Positions 1 through 11,160 of a stretch of 34,495 nt of DNA are shown here, in pieces. A model generated the notes under the pieces. The model was not told the DNA's origin. It was given only the letters and a program-made list of their open reading frames with translations, and did no database searches. The translations under genes were made by a program, and so were the position numbers. Location: contig QPMI01000124.1 of NCBI GenBank assembly GCA_004431415.1, positions 1 to 34,495 on the forward strand, in the 5' to 3' direction. The stretch is from Cyanophora paradoxa CCMP329 (Eukaryota; Plantae; Glaucophyta). Every line of letters starts with the position of its first letter. Position 1 is the stretch's first letter.

Positions 1-441
1 TTGCCAAGTTGCAAGTTGGCGCAACTTCGGCAACTTGGCGGCCGCGGCCCGGGCCGGCGCCGCGGCACTGCCGGAAGTCGATCACCTGACCCGCCGGGCC
101 GGCTCACCGTCACGCGGTTTGCATTGCATGTGAATTGACTCAGTGAGGGATCCGGACCGGGACTTGACTCTCAGTGACTCGAAGTTGGCGCCGGCGCCGC
201 AACTTACTAGTTACTACTACTAAGTAGTACTAACTTAGTACTAAGTTAACTTGGCGGCGTTAGTTGGCGCCGATCGCGAGTTGGCGGCCGCGGCCCCGGC
301 ACTGCCGGTCAGTGCCGGAGCCGGAGTCTGCGCATGCGGCGCTGCGCATCAAAGTACCATATACACGTACCATATACCGTAGTACCGTAGACTCCGTACT
401 AGAGAGTCCGTAGTACCGTCTGCTGCAGCTGGGGCCCCGAC

Positions 442-840
442 TAGGGTTGCCGTGTCCGATGTCCGCGGACATTGACATGTCCATGTCCGCGGACATGTCA
501 TGTCAATGTCCGTGGGTCCGGGTGGACATGTCCGTGGACATTAGGGGGATACCCTCGAAACCGGCTGAAACGCGTGCTAAACGTGCTCTAAACACGTTAG
601 CAGAACACTGCTAAAGTTAGCAACACGTCTCTGATGCTTGGAAAGAGGCGGAGGGCAGCGGGAACCTCGCCAAAGCTGCCCCGCCGCCTCACTTAAGCTT
701 TTGGCATTTAATATTATATAATTTAATTAATTAAATATTCAATGTCCGCGGACATGTCGGCGGGCATGTCCGTGTCCGAATGTCCATGTCCACCGGGTTG
801 ACTGACATGTCCATGGAGTGGCATGGACACGGCAACCCTA
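442..840. mobile_element. Non-autonomous hAT-superfamily DNA transposon (MITE), 399 bp
   Basis: Perfect 16-bp TIRs TAGGGTTGCCGTGTCC (442-457) / GGACACGGCAACCCTA (825-840). Exact 8-bp TSD GCCCCGAC at 434-441 and 841-848. Many subterminal ATGTCC/GGACAT motifs. An 8-bp TSD with TAGGG ends is typical of hAT. Confidence 0.9.
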
Positions 841-1440
841 GCCCCGACCGACTCCACAGGGAAACGCGGTGCAACTAGCCATGTTACCCATGTAATGTTG
901 GTCCGACGGTCGGACTCTTGAATGAGTAAAGTACGTCGTGCGACCCCTCATGATCAGTGATCACTGTGCAGTGTGCACACGTGAGTCTGTGAGTCACTGC
1001 GTCAGGCCCGGCCGCCTATATATATAGCTAGGCTCGCCGAGTACGGGTAGGCTCGCCGAATCGACGTCACGGCGACGGCAATTGCAATTGCAAGTTGCAA
1101 CTACCGTACTATCTAGTAGGCTACCGTATATCGCGTACGTATACAGCAAAGCTTCGAAATTCCCGCCCGGCCGCGGCCGGTAGTGCAGCTTCGAATTCGG
1201 AGGCTTCTCACATTGTTGAACTTGTGAAGAGATGGGCAAGAGCAAGGTTAACACGCGTTCAACTCGCATGGAAGTGCGTCGAACGTTGTTGATGGCGTGC
1301 GCCATTTGATGATGGCGCCGTTTTCAGGGACATGGATCTTATAAAAGATGAGGAGCTCTATGGGAAGTGGGAGGCACGTTTACGTATATCTTTGGAATTT
1401 CGGTTGTTCGACCAAACCCTTTACATGTCTCGATTTGCAG

Positions 1441-2000
1441 ATGCAAATCCCCTACCGTCCAGCTGAAACGTGTTTGGACTGCTGCGGGCTGTGCAAGCCG
1501 CCGGCGCCGAGACCCGATGAAGCGCGCCTCATCGTCACGGACCTTCGAATCAAGTAAGCGCTATAGTCTTGCACAGTGGCACGCGAAAGTTGAGACCTCA
1601 ACTTTCGGCAGGTACGAGAGCCACCGTTACCGCGGCAGGGCACCACTTGCGATGTTTGGTCTCGGGAACAAGAATGCAACCGAGTCCATGGAGCCGATCA
1701 ACCCGGATCATGCGAAGCAGTGGACTGAGGAGTATGGTGCGCGTGTTCGGTTAACGAATTCGAATGCAATCTTTAATTCCGTGGCGCAGAGAGCATCACG
1801 CACTTCGTGAAGGACCTCACCGGGTTTTCTGTTTACCGCTCGGTGCGCATGCGTATGCATTACAATCATGATCAGTTATGACATCGAATTCGTCGGTGTG
1901 CAGGTGGATCACGCTGAGAAGGACACGTGTTGCATCTGCTGCGGCGGGCGGTCACTACGAGTCCAGCGCATTCAAAATCGGCTTCCAGCGGGCTGGCGCG
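1441..2000 (+). CDS. Fragment of a spliced host gene, Cys-rich, function unknown; ends not resolved
   Basis: Putative exons 1441-1553, 1611-1736, 1790-1842 and 1904-... are separated by 53-61 bp introns (GTAAGC/GTGCGC...CAG). They join in frame: MQIPYRPAETCLDCCGLC...DLRIKYESHRY...WTEEYESITHFVKDLTGFSVYRSVDHAEKDTCCICCGG. Confidence 0.45.
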
Positions 2001-3178
2001 AGAGCAACCACTGGATCAGCGCCGAAAAGGCCCCTGAGATCGGAACGTCATCGATCAGATCATGGGCGCCCGCTCGGTTGACAAGGCACGCATTTTTGGA
2101 TTTGCAGTTGTTGATCGGTCGCGAGGCCTAGGCCTGACTCCGATCGGAGCAGACGTTCCAAGTCAACAAGGCGCCGGGTGCCGTCGTCTTCGGTGGCGCC
2201 CCGGCCAAGCGCCTCGATGACGTGCAGCACAGCGGGGCCAAAGTCTATTGATCGTGATCTAGATTGACCGAAGTCTGGACATAGGTGTTTCATTTCGTTT
2301 CTAGTTCCTAGAGGACAGTTCGCACAAAATATAATTGCTAAAAGACGGATCCGCTTGCAAAATATGATTAGAATATTCGACAACTTCATTTTCGAATTCA
2401 GCCGCAGTTCACAATACACTGGGAGCCAGGAATTAAGTTTACCACATGGTAAACTTGCAACTTCACTCAGTTAGGGCTGACTTTACCACACCTGTCTTTA
2501 CCCACCTAGGAAAAGCCGCGCGGGGAAGCACTGCTGCCGTGCTAAATGTGCTTAGCTAGGCATAAGTGCACGGGATCCATTGAGCGCCGATGGCCCGGTA
2601 GCTTCTGTGGTCCGGCGTGGATGCGAGCACAACTCGTCAAGAGAGCGACGCACGCGGGCTGCCTTGACTGGTTCAAGTGTTCTAAAAGGTCGTTTAGAGA
2701 CGATTTGCAGCTTTTAAGGGGAGGTTGTTGGGCGGCCCGACCTCGGCCAACTTCACCCAGGCCCGACCATTATGAGCTGGGACGCAGCGCACGGCGCTTC
2801 GAATGCGGTAAGCATTGATTTCAGCTACGTTACAACCGAAGTACGGCTGCCACATCGGTGCTCTTGAGACCGATGTCTGCCAATGCATATGGTTGCGTAC
2901 CGAATGCTCAGACCGAGCGCCGCCAAGGTAGCTGGCGGTGCTAAAGTCTCTAGCTAGCTGGATCGCGCGCTCTAGCTAGTTCTCCGACCACAGGGCGACA
3001 CCCGAAAGGAGCTGCGCACAATCGTGCATGACGAGACCGGTACCCCTCCCTGGCTTCTCCCCCTGGAGCAAAGTCACCGGAGTAAACTTGCGGAAGCAAA
3101 GTCTGGAGCTCTAGCGTGTGCACGTGTGTAATGCTTCAATAGCATGCACACGTGCACATCGTGAATTGAACATGAACT

Positions 3179-6100
3179 CCATAATACAAGGAGCTCAATC
3201 TCCAGCATCGACTTTCCGGCCACAAAAAGCACGGCGGGCTCAAGATCTGCAGGTCCGCGGCCCAGTCTCCATCTTAATGCTTCTGCGGATAGCTCTTTTC
3301 GAGCGATGCTAGCTGCAGGCCGATTTTCGAAACTGCCGCTATTGATAAGTGTGCCCATGATACGAGGAGCTCAATCTCCAGCATCGACTTTCCGGCCACA
3401 AAAAGCACGGCGGGCTCTGCAGGTCCGCGGCCCAGTCTCCATCTTAATGCTTCTGCGGATAGCTCTTTTCGAACGATGCTAGCTGCAGGCCGATTTTCGA
3501 GACTGCGCTATTGATAAGCGAACTAATGATCCGAGGAGCTCAATCTCCAGCATCGACTTTCCGGTCACAAATAGCACGGCGGGCTCTGCAGGTCCGCGGC
3601 CCAGTCTCCATCTTAATGCTTCTGCGGATAGCTCTTTTCGAGCGATGCTAGCTGCAGGCCGATTTTCGAAACTGGCGCTATTGATAAGCGCACTAATGAT
3701 ACGAGGAGCTCAATCTCCAACATCGATATCAACGTTCCGGCCACAAATAGCACGGCGGGCTCTGCAGGTCCGCGGCCCAGTCTCCATCTTAATGCTTCTG
3801 CGGATAGCTCTTTTCGAACGATGCTAGCTGCAGGCCGATTTTCGAAACTGGCGCTATTGATAAGCGCACTAATCATTGAATGATACGAGGAGCTCAATCT
3901 CCAACATCGATATCCACGTTCCGACCACGAATTGCAAAGCGGCAGCGGGATCTGCAGTTCCGCGGCCCAGTCTCCATCTTAATGCTTCTGCGGATAGCTC
4001 TTTCGAACGATGCTAGCTGCAGGCCGATTTTCGAAACTGCCGCTATTGATAAGTGTGCCCATGATACGAGGAGCTCAATCTCCAGCATCGACTTTCCGGC
4101 CACAAATAGCACGGCGGGCTCTGCAGGTCCGCGGCCCAGTCTCCATCTTAATGCTTCTGCGGATAGCTCTTTTCGAACGATGCTAGCTGCAGGCCGATTT
4201 TCGAAACTGGCGCTATTGATAGCGCACTAATGATCCGAGGAGCTCAATCTCCAGCATCGACTTTCCGGTCACAAATAGCACGGCGGGCTCTGCAGGTCCG
4301 CGGCCCAGTCTCCATCTTAATGCTTCTGCGGATAGCTCTTTTCGAGCGATGCTAGCTGCAGGCCGATTTTCGAAACTGGCGCTATTGATAAGAGCACTAA
4401 TGATACGAGGAGCTCAATCTCCAACATCGATATCAACGTTCCGGCCACAAATAGCACGGCGGGCTCTGCAGGTCCGCGGCCCAGTCTCCATCTTAATGCT
4501 TCTGCGGATAGCTCTTTCGAACGATGCTAGCTGCAGGCCGATTTTCGAAACTGGCGCTATTGATAAGCGCACTAATGATACGAGGAGCTCAATCTCCAAC
4601 ATCGATATCCACGTTCCGACCACGAATTGCAAAGCGGCAGCGGGATCTGCAGTTCCGCGGCCCAGTCTCCATCTTAATGCTTCTGCGGATAGCTCTTTTC
4701 GAACGATGCTAGCTGCAGGCCGATTTTCGAAACTGCCGCTATTGATAAGTGTGCCCATGATACGAGGAGCTCAATCTCCAGCATCGACTTTCCGGCCACA
4801 AAAAGCACGGCGGGCTCTGCAGGTCCGCGGCCCAGTCTCCATCTTAATGCTTCTGCGGATAGCTCTTTTCGAACGATGCTAGCTGCAGGCCGATTTTCGA
4901 AACTGGCGCTATTGATAAGCGCACTAATGATCCGAGGAGCTCAATCTCCAGCATCGACTTTCCGGTCACAAATAGCACGGCGGGCTCTGCAGGTCCGCGG
5001 CCCAGTCTCCATCTTAATGCTTCTGCGGATAGCTCTTTTCGAACGATGCTAGCTGCAGGCCGATTTTCGAAACTGGCGCTATTGGTAAGCGCACTAATAT
5101 TTAATGATACGAGGAGCTCAATCTCCAACATCGATATCCACGTTCCGACCACGAATTGCAAAGCGGCAGCGGGCTCTGCAGTTCCGCGGCCCAGTCTCCA
5201 TCTTAATGCTTCTGCGGATAGCTCTTTTCGAACGATGCTAGCTGCAGGCCGATTTTCGAAACTGCCGCTATTGATAAGTGTGCCCATGATACGAGGAGCT
5301 CAATCTCCAGCATCGACTTTCCGGCCACAAAAAGCACGGCGGGCTCTGCAGGTCCGCGGCCCAGTCTCCATCTTAATGCTTCTGCGGATAGCTCTTTTCG
5401 AACGATGCTAGCTGCAGGCCGATTTTCGAAACTGGCGCTATTGATAAGAGCACTAATGATACGAAGAGCTCAATCTACAACATCGACTTTCCGGCCACAA
5501 AACGCACGGCGGGCTCTGCAGGTCCGCGGCCCAGTCTCCATTTTAATGCTTCTGCGGATAGCTCTTTTCGAACGATGCTAGCTGCAGGCCGATTTTCGAA
5601 ACTGGCGCTATTGATAAGCGCACTAATGATCCGAGGAGCTCAATCTCCAGCATCGACTTTCCGGTCACAAATAGCACGGCGGGCTCTGCAGGTCCGCGGC
5701 CCAGTCTCCATCTTAATGCTTCTGCGGATAGCTCTTTTCGAACGATGCTAGCTGCAGGCCGATTTTCGAAACTGCCGCTATTGATAAGCGCCCATAATAC
5801 GAGGAGATCAATCTCCAACATCGATTTTCCAGTCACAAATAGCACGGCGGGCTCTGCAGGTCCGCGGCCCAGTCTCCATCTTAATGCTTCTGCGGATAGC
5901 TCTTTTCGAACGATGCTAGCTGCAGGCCGATTTTCGAAACTGGCGCTATTGATAAGTGTACCCATGATCCGAGGAGCTCAATCTCCAGCATCGACTTTCC
6001 GGCCACAAAAAGCACGGCGGGCTCTGCAGGTCCGCGGCCCAGTCTCCATCTTAATGCTTCTGCGGATAGCTCTTTTCGAGCGATGCTAGCTGCAGGCCGA

Positions 6101-9100
6101 TTTTCGAAACTGGCGCTATTGATAAGCGCACTAATGATACGAGGAGCTCAATCTCCAACATCGATATCCACGTTCCGACCACGAATTGCAAAGCGGCAGC
6201 GGGCTCTGCAGTTCCGCGGCCCAGTCTCCATCTTAATGCTTCTGCGGATAGCTCTTTTCGAACGATGCTAGCTGCAGGCCGATTTTCGTAACTGCCGCTA
6301 TTGATAAGTGTGCCCATGATACGAGGAGCTCAATCTCCAGCATCGACTTTCCGGCCACAAAAAGCACGGCGGGCTCTGCAGGTCCGCGGCCCAGTCTCCA
6401 TCTTAATGCTTCTGCGGATAGCTCTTTTCGAACGATGCTAGCTGCAGGCCGATTTTCGAAACTGGCGCTATTGATAAGCGCACTAATGATCCGAGGAGCT
6501 CAATCTCCAGCATCGACTTTCCGGTCACAAATAGCACGGCGGGCTCTGCAGGTCCGCGGCCCAGTCTCCATCTTAATCCTTCTGCGGATAGCTCTTTTCG
6601 AACGATGCTAGCTGCAGGCCGATTTTCGAAACTGCCGCTATTGATAAGTGTGCCATATGCATGATACGAGGAGCTCAATCTCCAGCATCGACTTTCCGGC
6701 CACAAATAGCACGGCGGGCTCTGCAGGTCCGCGGCCCAGTCTCCATCTTAATGCTTCTGCGGATAGCTCTTTTCGAACGATGCTAGCTGCAGGCCGATTT
6801 TCGAAACTGGCGCTATTGATAAGCGCACTAATGATACGAGGGCTCAATCTCCAACATCGACTTTCCGGCCACAAATAGCACGGCGGGCTCTGCAGGTCCG
6901 CGGCCCAGTCTCCATCTTAATGCTTCTGCGGATAGCTCTTTTCGAGCGATGCTACCTGCAGGCCGAGTTTCGAAACTGCCGCTATTGATCAGCGCCCATA
7001 ATACGAGGAGCTCAATCTCCAGCATCGACTTTCAGGCCACAAATAGCACGGCTGGCTCTGCAGGTCCGCGGCCCAGTCTCCATCTTAATGCTTCTGCGGA
7101 TAGCGCTTTTCGAACGATGCTAGCTGCAGGCCGATTTTCGAAACTGCCGCTATTGATAAGTGTGCCCATGATACGAGGAGCTCAATCTCCAGCATCGACT
7201 TTCCGGCCACAAAAAGCACGGCGGGCTCTGCAGGTCCGCGGCCCAGTCTCCATCTTAATGCTTCTGCGGATAGCTCTTTTCGAGCGATGCTAGCTGCAGG
7301 CCGATTTTCGAAACTGGCGCTATTGATAAGCGCACTAATGATACGAGGAGCTCAATCTCCAGCATCGACTTTCCGGCCACAAAAAGCACGGCGGGCTCTG
7401 CAGGTCCGCGGCCCAGTCTCCATCTTAATGCTTCTGCGGATAGCTCTTTTCGAACGATGCTAGCTGCAGGCCGATTTTCGAAACTGGCGCTATTGATAAG
7501 CGCACTAATGATATGAGGAGCTCAATCTCCAACATCGACTTTCCGGCCACAAAACGCACGGCGGGCTCTGCAGGTCCGCGGCCCAGTCTCCATCTTAATG
7601 CTTCTGCGGATAGCTCTTTTCGAACGATGCTAGCTGCAGGCCGATTTTCGAAACTGCCGCTATTGATAAGTGTGCCCATGATACGAGGAGCTCAATCTCC
7701 AGCATCGACTTTCAGGCCACAAATAGCACGGCTGGCTCTGCAGGTCCGCGGCCCAGTCTCCATCTTAATGCTTCTGCGGATAGCTCTTTTCGAACGATGC
7801 TAGCTGCAGGCCGATTTTCGAAACTGGCGCTATTGATAAGCGCACTAATGATATGAGGAGCTCAATCTCCAACATCGATATCCACGTTCCGACCACGAAT
7901 TGCAAAGCGGCAGCGGGCTCTGCAGGTCCGCGGCCCAGTCTCCATCTTAATGCTTCTGCGGATAGCTCTTTTCGAACGATGCTAGCTGCAGGCCGATTTT
8001 CGAAACTGCCGCTATTGATAAGTGTGCCCATGATACGAGGAGCTCAATCTCCAGCATCGACTTTCCGGCCACAAAAAGCACGGCGGGCTCTGCAGGTCCG
8101 CGGCCCAGTCTCCATCTTAATGCTTCTGCGGATAGCTCTTTTCGAACGATGCTAGCTGCAGGCCGATTTTCGAAACTGGCGCTATTGATAAGCGCACTAA
8201 TGATACGAGGAGCTCAATCTCCAACATCGATTTTCCGGCCACAAATAGCACGGCGGGCTCTGCAGGTCCGCGGCCCAGTCTCCATCTTAATGCTTCTGCG
8301 GATAGCTCTTTTCGAACGATGCTAGCTGCAGGCCGATTTTCGAAACTGGCGCTATTGATAAGCGCACTAATGATACGAGGAGCTCAATCTCCAACATCGA
8401 CTTTCCGGCCACAAATAGCACGGCGGGCTCTGCAGGTCCGCGGCCCAGTCTCCATCTTAATGCTTCTGCGGATAGCTCTTTTCGAGCGATGCTAGCTGCA
8501 GGCCGATTTTCGATACTGGCGCTATTGATAAGCGCACTAATGATACGAGGAGCTCAATCTCCAGCATCGACTTTCCGGCCACAAATAGCACAGCGGGCTC
8601 TGCAGTTCCGCGGCCCAGTCTCCATCTTAATGCTTCTGCGGATAGCTCTTTTCGAGCGATGCTAGCTGCAGGCCGATTTTCGAAACTGCCGCTATTGATA
8701 AGTGTGCCCATGATACGAGGAGCTCAATCTCCAGCATCGACTTTCCGGCCACAAAAAGCACGGCGGGCTCTGCAGGTCCGCGGCCCAGTCTCCATCTTAA
8801 TGCTTCTGCGGATAGCTCTTTTCGAGCGATGCTAGCTGCTAGCTGCAGGCCGATTTTCGAAACTGGCGCTATTGATCAGCGCCCATAATACGAGGAGATC
8901 AATCTCCAACATCGACTTTCCGGCCACAAATAGCACGGCGGGCTCTGCAGGTCCGCGGCCCAGTCTCCATCTTAATGCTTCTGCGGATAGCTCTTTTTGA
9001 ACGATGCTAGCTGCAGGCCGATTTTCGAAACTGGCGCTATTGATAAGAGCACTAATGATACGAGGAGCTCAATCTCCAACATCGATATCAACCTTCCGAC

Positions 9101-9355
9101 CACAAATTGCAAAGCAGCCGCGGGCTCTGCAGGTCCGCGGCCCAGTCTCCATCTTGATTCTTCTGCGGATAGCTCTTTTCGAACGATGCTAGCTGCAGGC
9201 CGATTTTCGAAACTGGCGCTATTGATCAGCGCCCATAATACGAGGAGCTCAATCTCCAGCATCGACTTTAATTTCCGGCCACGAATAGCACGGCGGGCTC
9301 TGCAGGTCTGCGGCGTTGTCTACTTCAGAATGCTTCTGCGGACCGGATAGCTCTC
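3179..9355. repeat. Tandem satellite array, ~36 monomers of 170 bp (variants ~168/176/182 bp)
   Basis: Unit ATACGAGGAGCTCAATCTCC...CTGCAGGTCCGCGGCCCAGTCTCCATCTTAATGCTTCTGCGGATAGCTC...TTTCGAAACTG... recurs with exact 170-bp spacing at e.g. 7171, 7341, 7511, 7681, 7851. First and last units are degenerate. Confidence 0.97.
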
Positions 9356-9974
9356 TTTATCTGACCATGACCACGCAAATTCGAAGCTCCGATCCGGATC
9401 GCAAGTTTTTTAGAGCCGACCACCCAGCCGCCAATTGCGATTGCCTTCAGAGTTGCAGCTTCACTTTGATCGTGATCAGCAAAACAACATGGCTAGCGTT
9501 TACGGGGCAGCAGCCTTCCAAGTGCGGTCACTAAGCTCTTTCTGGGAGCCTTCCCTCCGGATCCCCTTACATATGCACGTACATATCTGTGTGCATATGT
9601 ACCTGATCTGCTGCTAGCTATAGCTATCCTGGCTATAGATCTAGATCTGTGGGGAGGCAAGGAAATGCTTAAGTCTGGATGGTAATAGTCTATTGGAAAG
9701 ATATAACGTCTGTAAGCTTCGCGCTGTTCACTGGCTATATTTATCGAGATTCCGGGTAGTGTACGTGCTGCATAGGAGGGAACAGCAAATAGAAACCCTG
9801 CGTATAAATTCAATTAATTCATGTGTTGATTAACGTGCAATTGTTTTTACCTGCATGCGACACCAACATATGCTTCTCGTCTTCAGTGCTGGTGCACGTG
9901 GAGCAGTGCTTGACGAGAGAGCTGTGTAATTCGAACGATTTTGTTTCAAGGCTCTCGAAGAACTTGGGATTGCG

Positions 9975-10047
9975 ACACATATGAATATTCATATTTTAAT
10001 CCCTCGGCGTTCCGCCTCAGGATTAAAATATGAATATTCATATGTGT
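9975..10047. repeat. Long hairpin / inverted repeat at the host-virus compositional boundary
   Basis: 28-bp perfect arms ACACATATGAATATTCATATTTTAATCC (9975-10002) / GGATTAAAATATGAATATTCATATGTGT (10020-10047). The spacer holds a GGCG-TTC-CGCC mini-stem. Confidence 0.9.
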
Positions 10048-10444
10048 GATTCGATGTTATATCAATAAAATCGATTAATTTATTTGAATTTTCACCTGAA
10101 TTTTCATATTTTTATATGCATTTTCAATTAATTTAATCGATGTTATATCGATATCGATATCGTCCACTTAAATATAAATATAATATAATAGGGGGAATCA
10201 AGGGGAGATGCTGAGTGTTATTGTAAGGAAATCGAATAGTATTCGAAATACTTGACATTGCTTAATGTAGGGTGCATTCATATTTCGGCTACATCATACA
10301 GTAGAATTCTATTGTAACAAAAGCTACTGTAGAAAGAAAATCATTGTAGAAAGCTATTGTAGGAAAGGATATATTATATCCTTTTTTAACGATTGCCATT
10401 GTAATAAAAAGGTAAATTACCCTGTTTATCATTATAGAAACCCA

Positions 10445-10843
10445 TCAAAACGGGAATCTATCATGTTTATGTCTCTCAGTCTTCTCAAATGTTAAGAAAT
10501 TCATTGTTTTATCGATCTCATCTGCAACTGCTTGTGTTTTATGCTGAGCTTCTTTACCACAACTGAATATATCAATTGCTAACATGCCTTCATTGGAATA
10601 ACAATGAGCTGTGCAATGGCTTTCATCTAATAGCAGAACCAATGCAAAACCAGGAGGTGATAGTTTGCCATCAAATATCTCACAATGCTTATGAACAATC
10701 CTAATACCTTGTCTCAATACTGCTTGTTCAAGGGTTCCCATAATCCAATTACCTAGGAAGCTAACATGCTCATAACCTGTTGCTATAGCTGATTTAGCCT
10801 TGTAATCAAGCATAACATGAAAGCCTCTGTATTTAGTCTCCAT
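10445..10843 (-). CDS. speD: S-adenosylmethionine decarboxylase proenzyme, short prokaryotic/phage type (pyruvoyl-dependent)
   Basis: 132 aa. PPGFALVLLLDESHCTAHCY...AIDIFSCG matches the SpeD pattern G.s...ll.ESH...H......DiftCG, with the E|S autocleavage site and the catalytic Cys. Confidence 0.85.
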   Translation of the reverse strand: METKYRGFHVMLDYKAKSAIATGYEHVSFLGNWIMGTLEQAVLRQGIRIVHKHCEIFDGKLSPPGFALVLLLDESHCTAHCYSNEGMLAIDIFSCGKEAQHKTQAVADEIDKTMNFLTFEKTERHKHDRFPF

Positions 10844-10866
10844 TAAGAATACCTTAGAAAAATTAA

Positions 10867-11138
10867 CTAGTCAAACCTAATGCAAATATCCCTATACTCT
10901 ACTCTGATTGATGAAGTAGCTCTTTTCCTGTGTGCTTGACTCTTTCTTTTGTTACAGTCCCTGCAACCTGATCCTTCACATGATTAAAGGGATAGGTAAG
11001 GATCACCTTATTACACTGCAAACATCTCACAGATACTTTCTCTTGAGCTTTGATGTAATGTGTCTCACTGTAATCGAATTTATCTTTACCATGAACTGTC
11101 ATAGCAGCATCAATAAACTTTTTTGTTTTACTATCCAT
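10867..11138 (-). CDS. Small Zn-binding protein (single DUF723-like repeat); probable 1-bp frameshift
   Basis: FIDAAMTVHGKDKFDYS...Y....V...CLQC parallels the repeats of the 23638 endonuclease (FVDRANAKHNGKFDYS; HGDKYCY). Adding one G near 10973 restores NHVKGSGCRDC and reads on to a TAG at 10867-10869. Confidence 0.65.
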
Positions 11139-11160
11139 ACTCTATATATAACCAATATTC

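Noticed and set aside
2060-3100. Short GC-rich ORFs between the host gene fragment and the satellite
   Set aside because: No recognisable motifs and no consistent exon chain could be built.
3179-9355. CRISPR-like array, or the many 60-177 aa ORFs in the repeat
   Set aside because: The variable parts are a few recurring alleles of one sequence, not unique spacers, and there are no cas genes. The 170-bp unit is not a multiple of 3 and indels of 2, 5, 7 and 8 bp occur, so the ORFs are by-products.
9900-10440. Exact left TIR and TSD of the Polinton
   Set aside because: The right end is not in the window, so no boundary can be verified.
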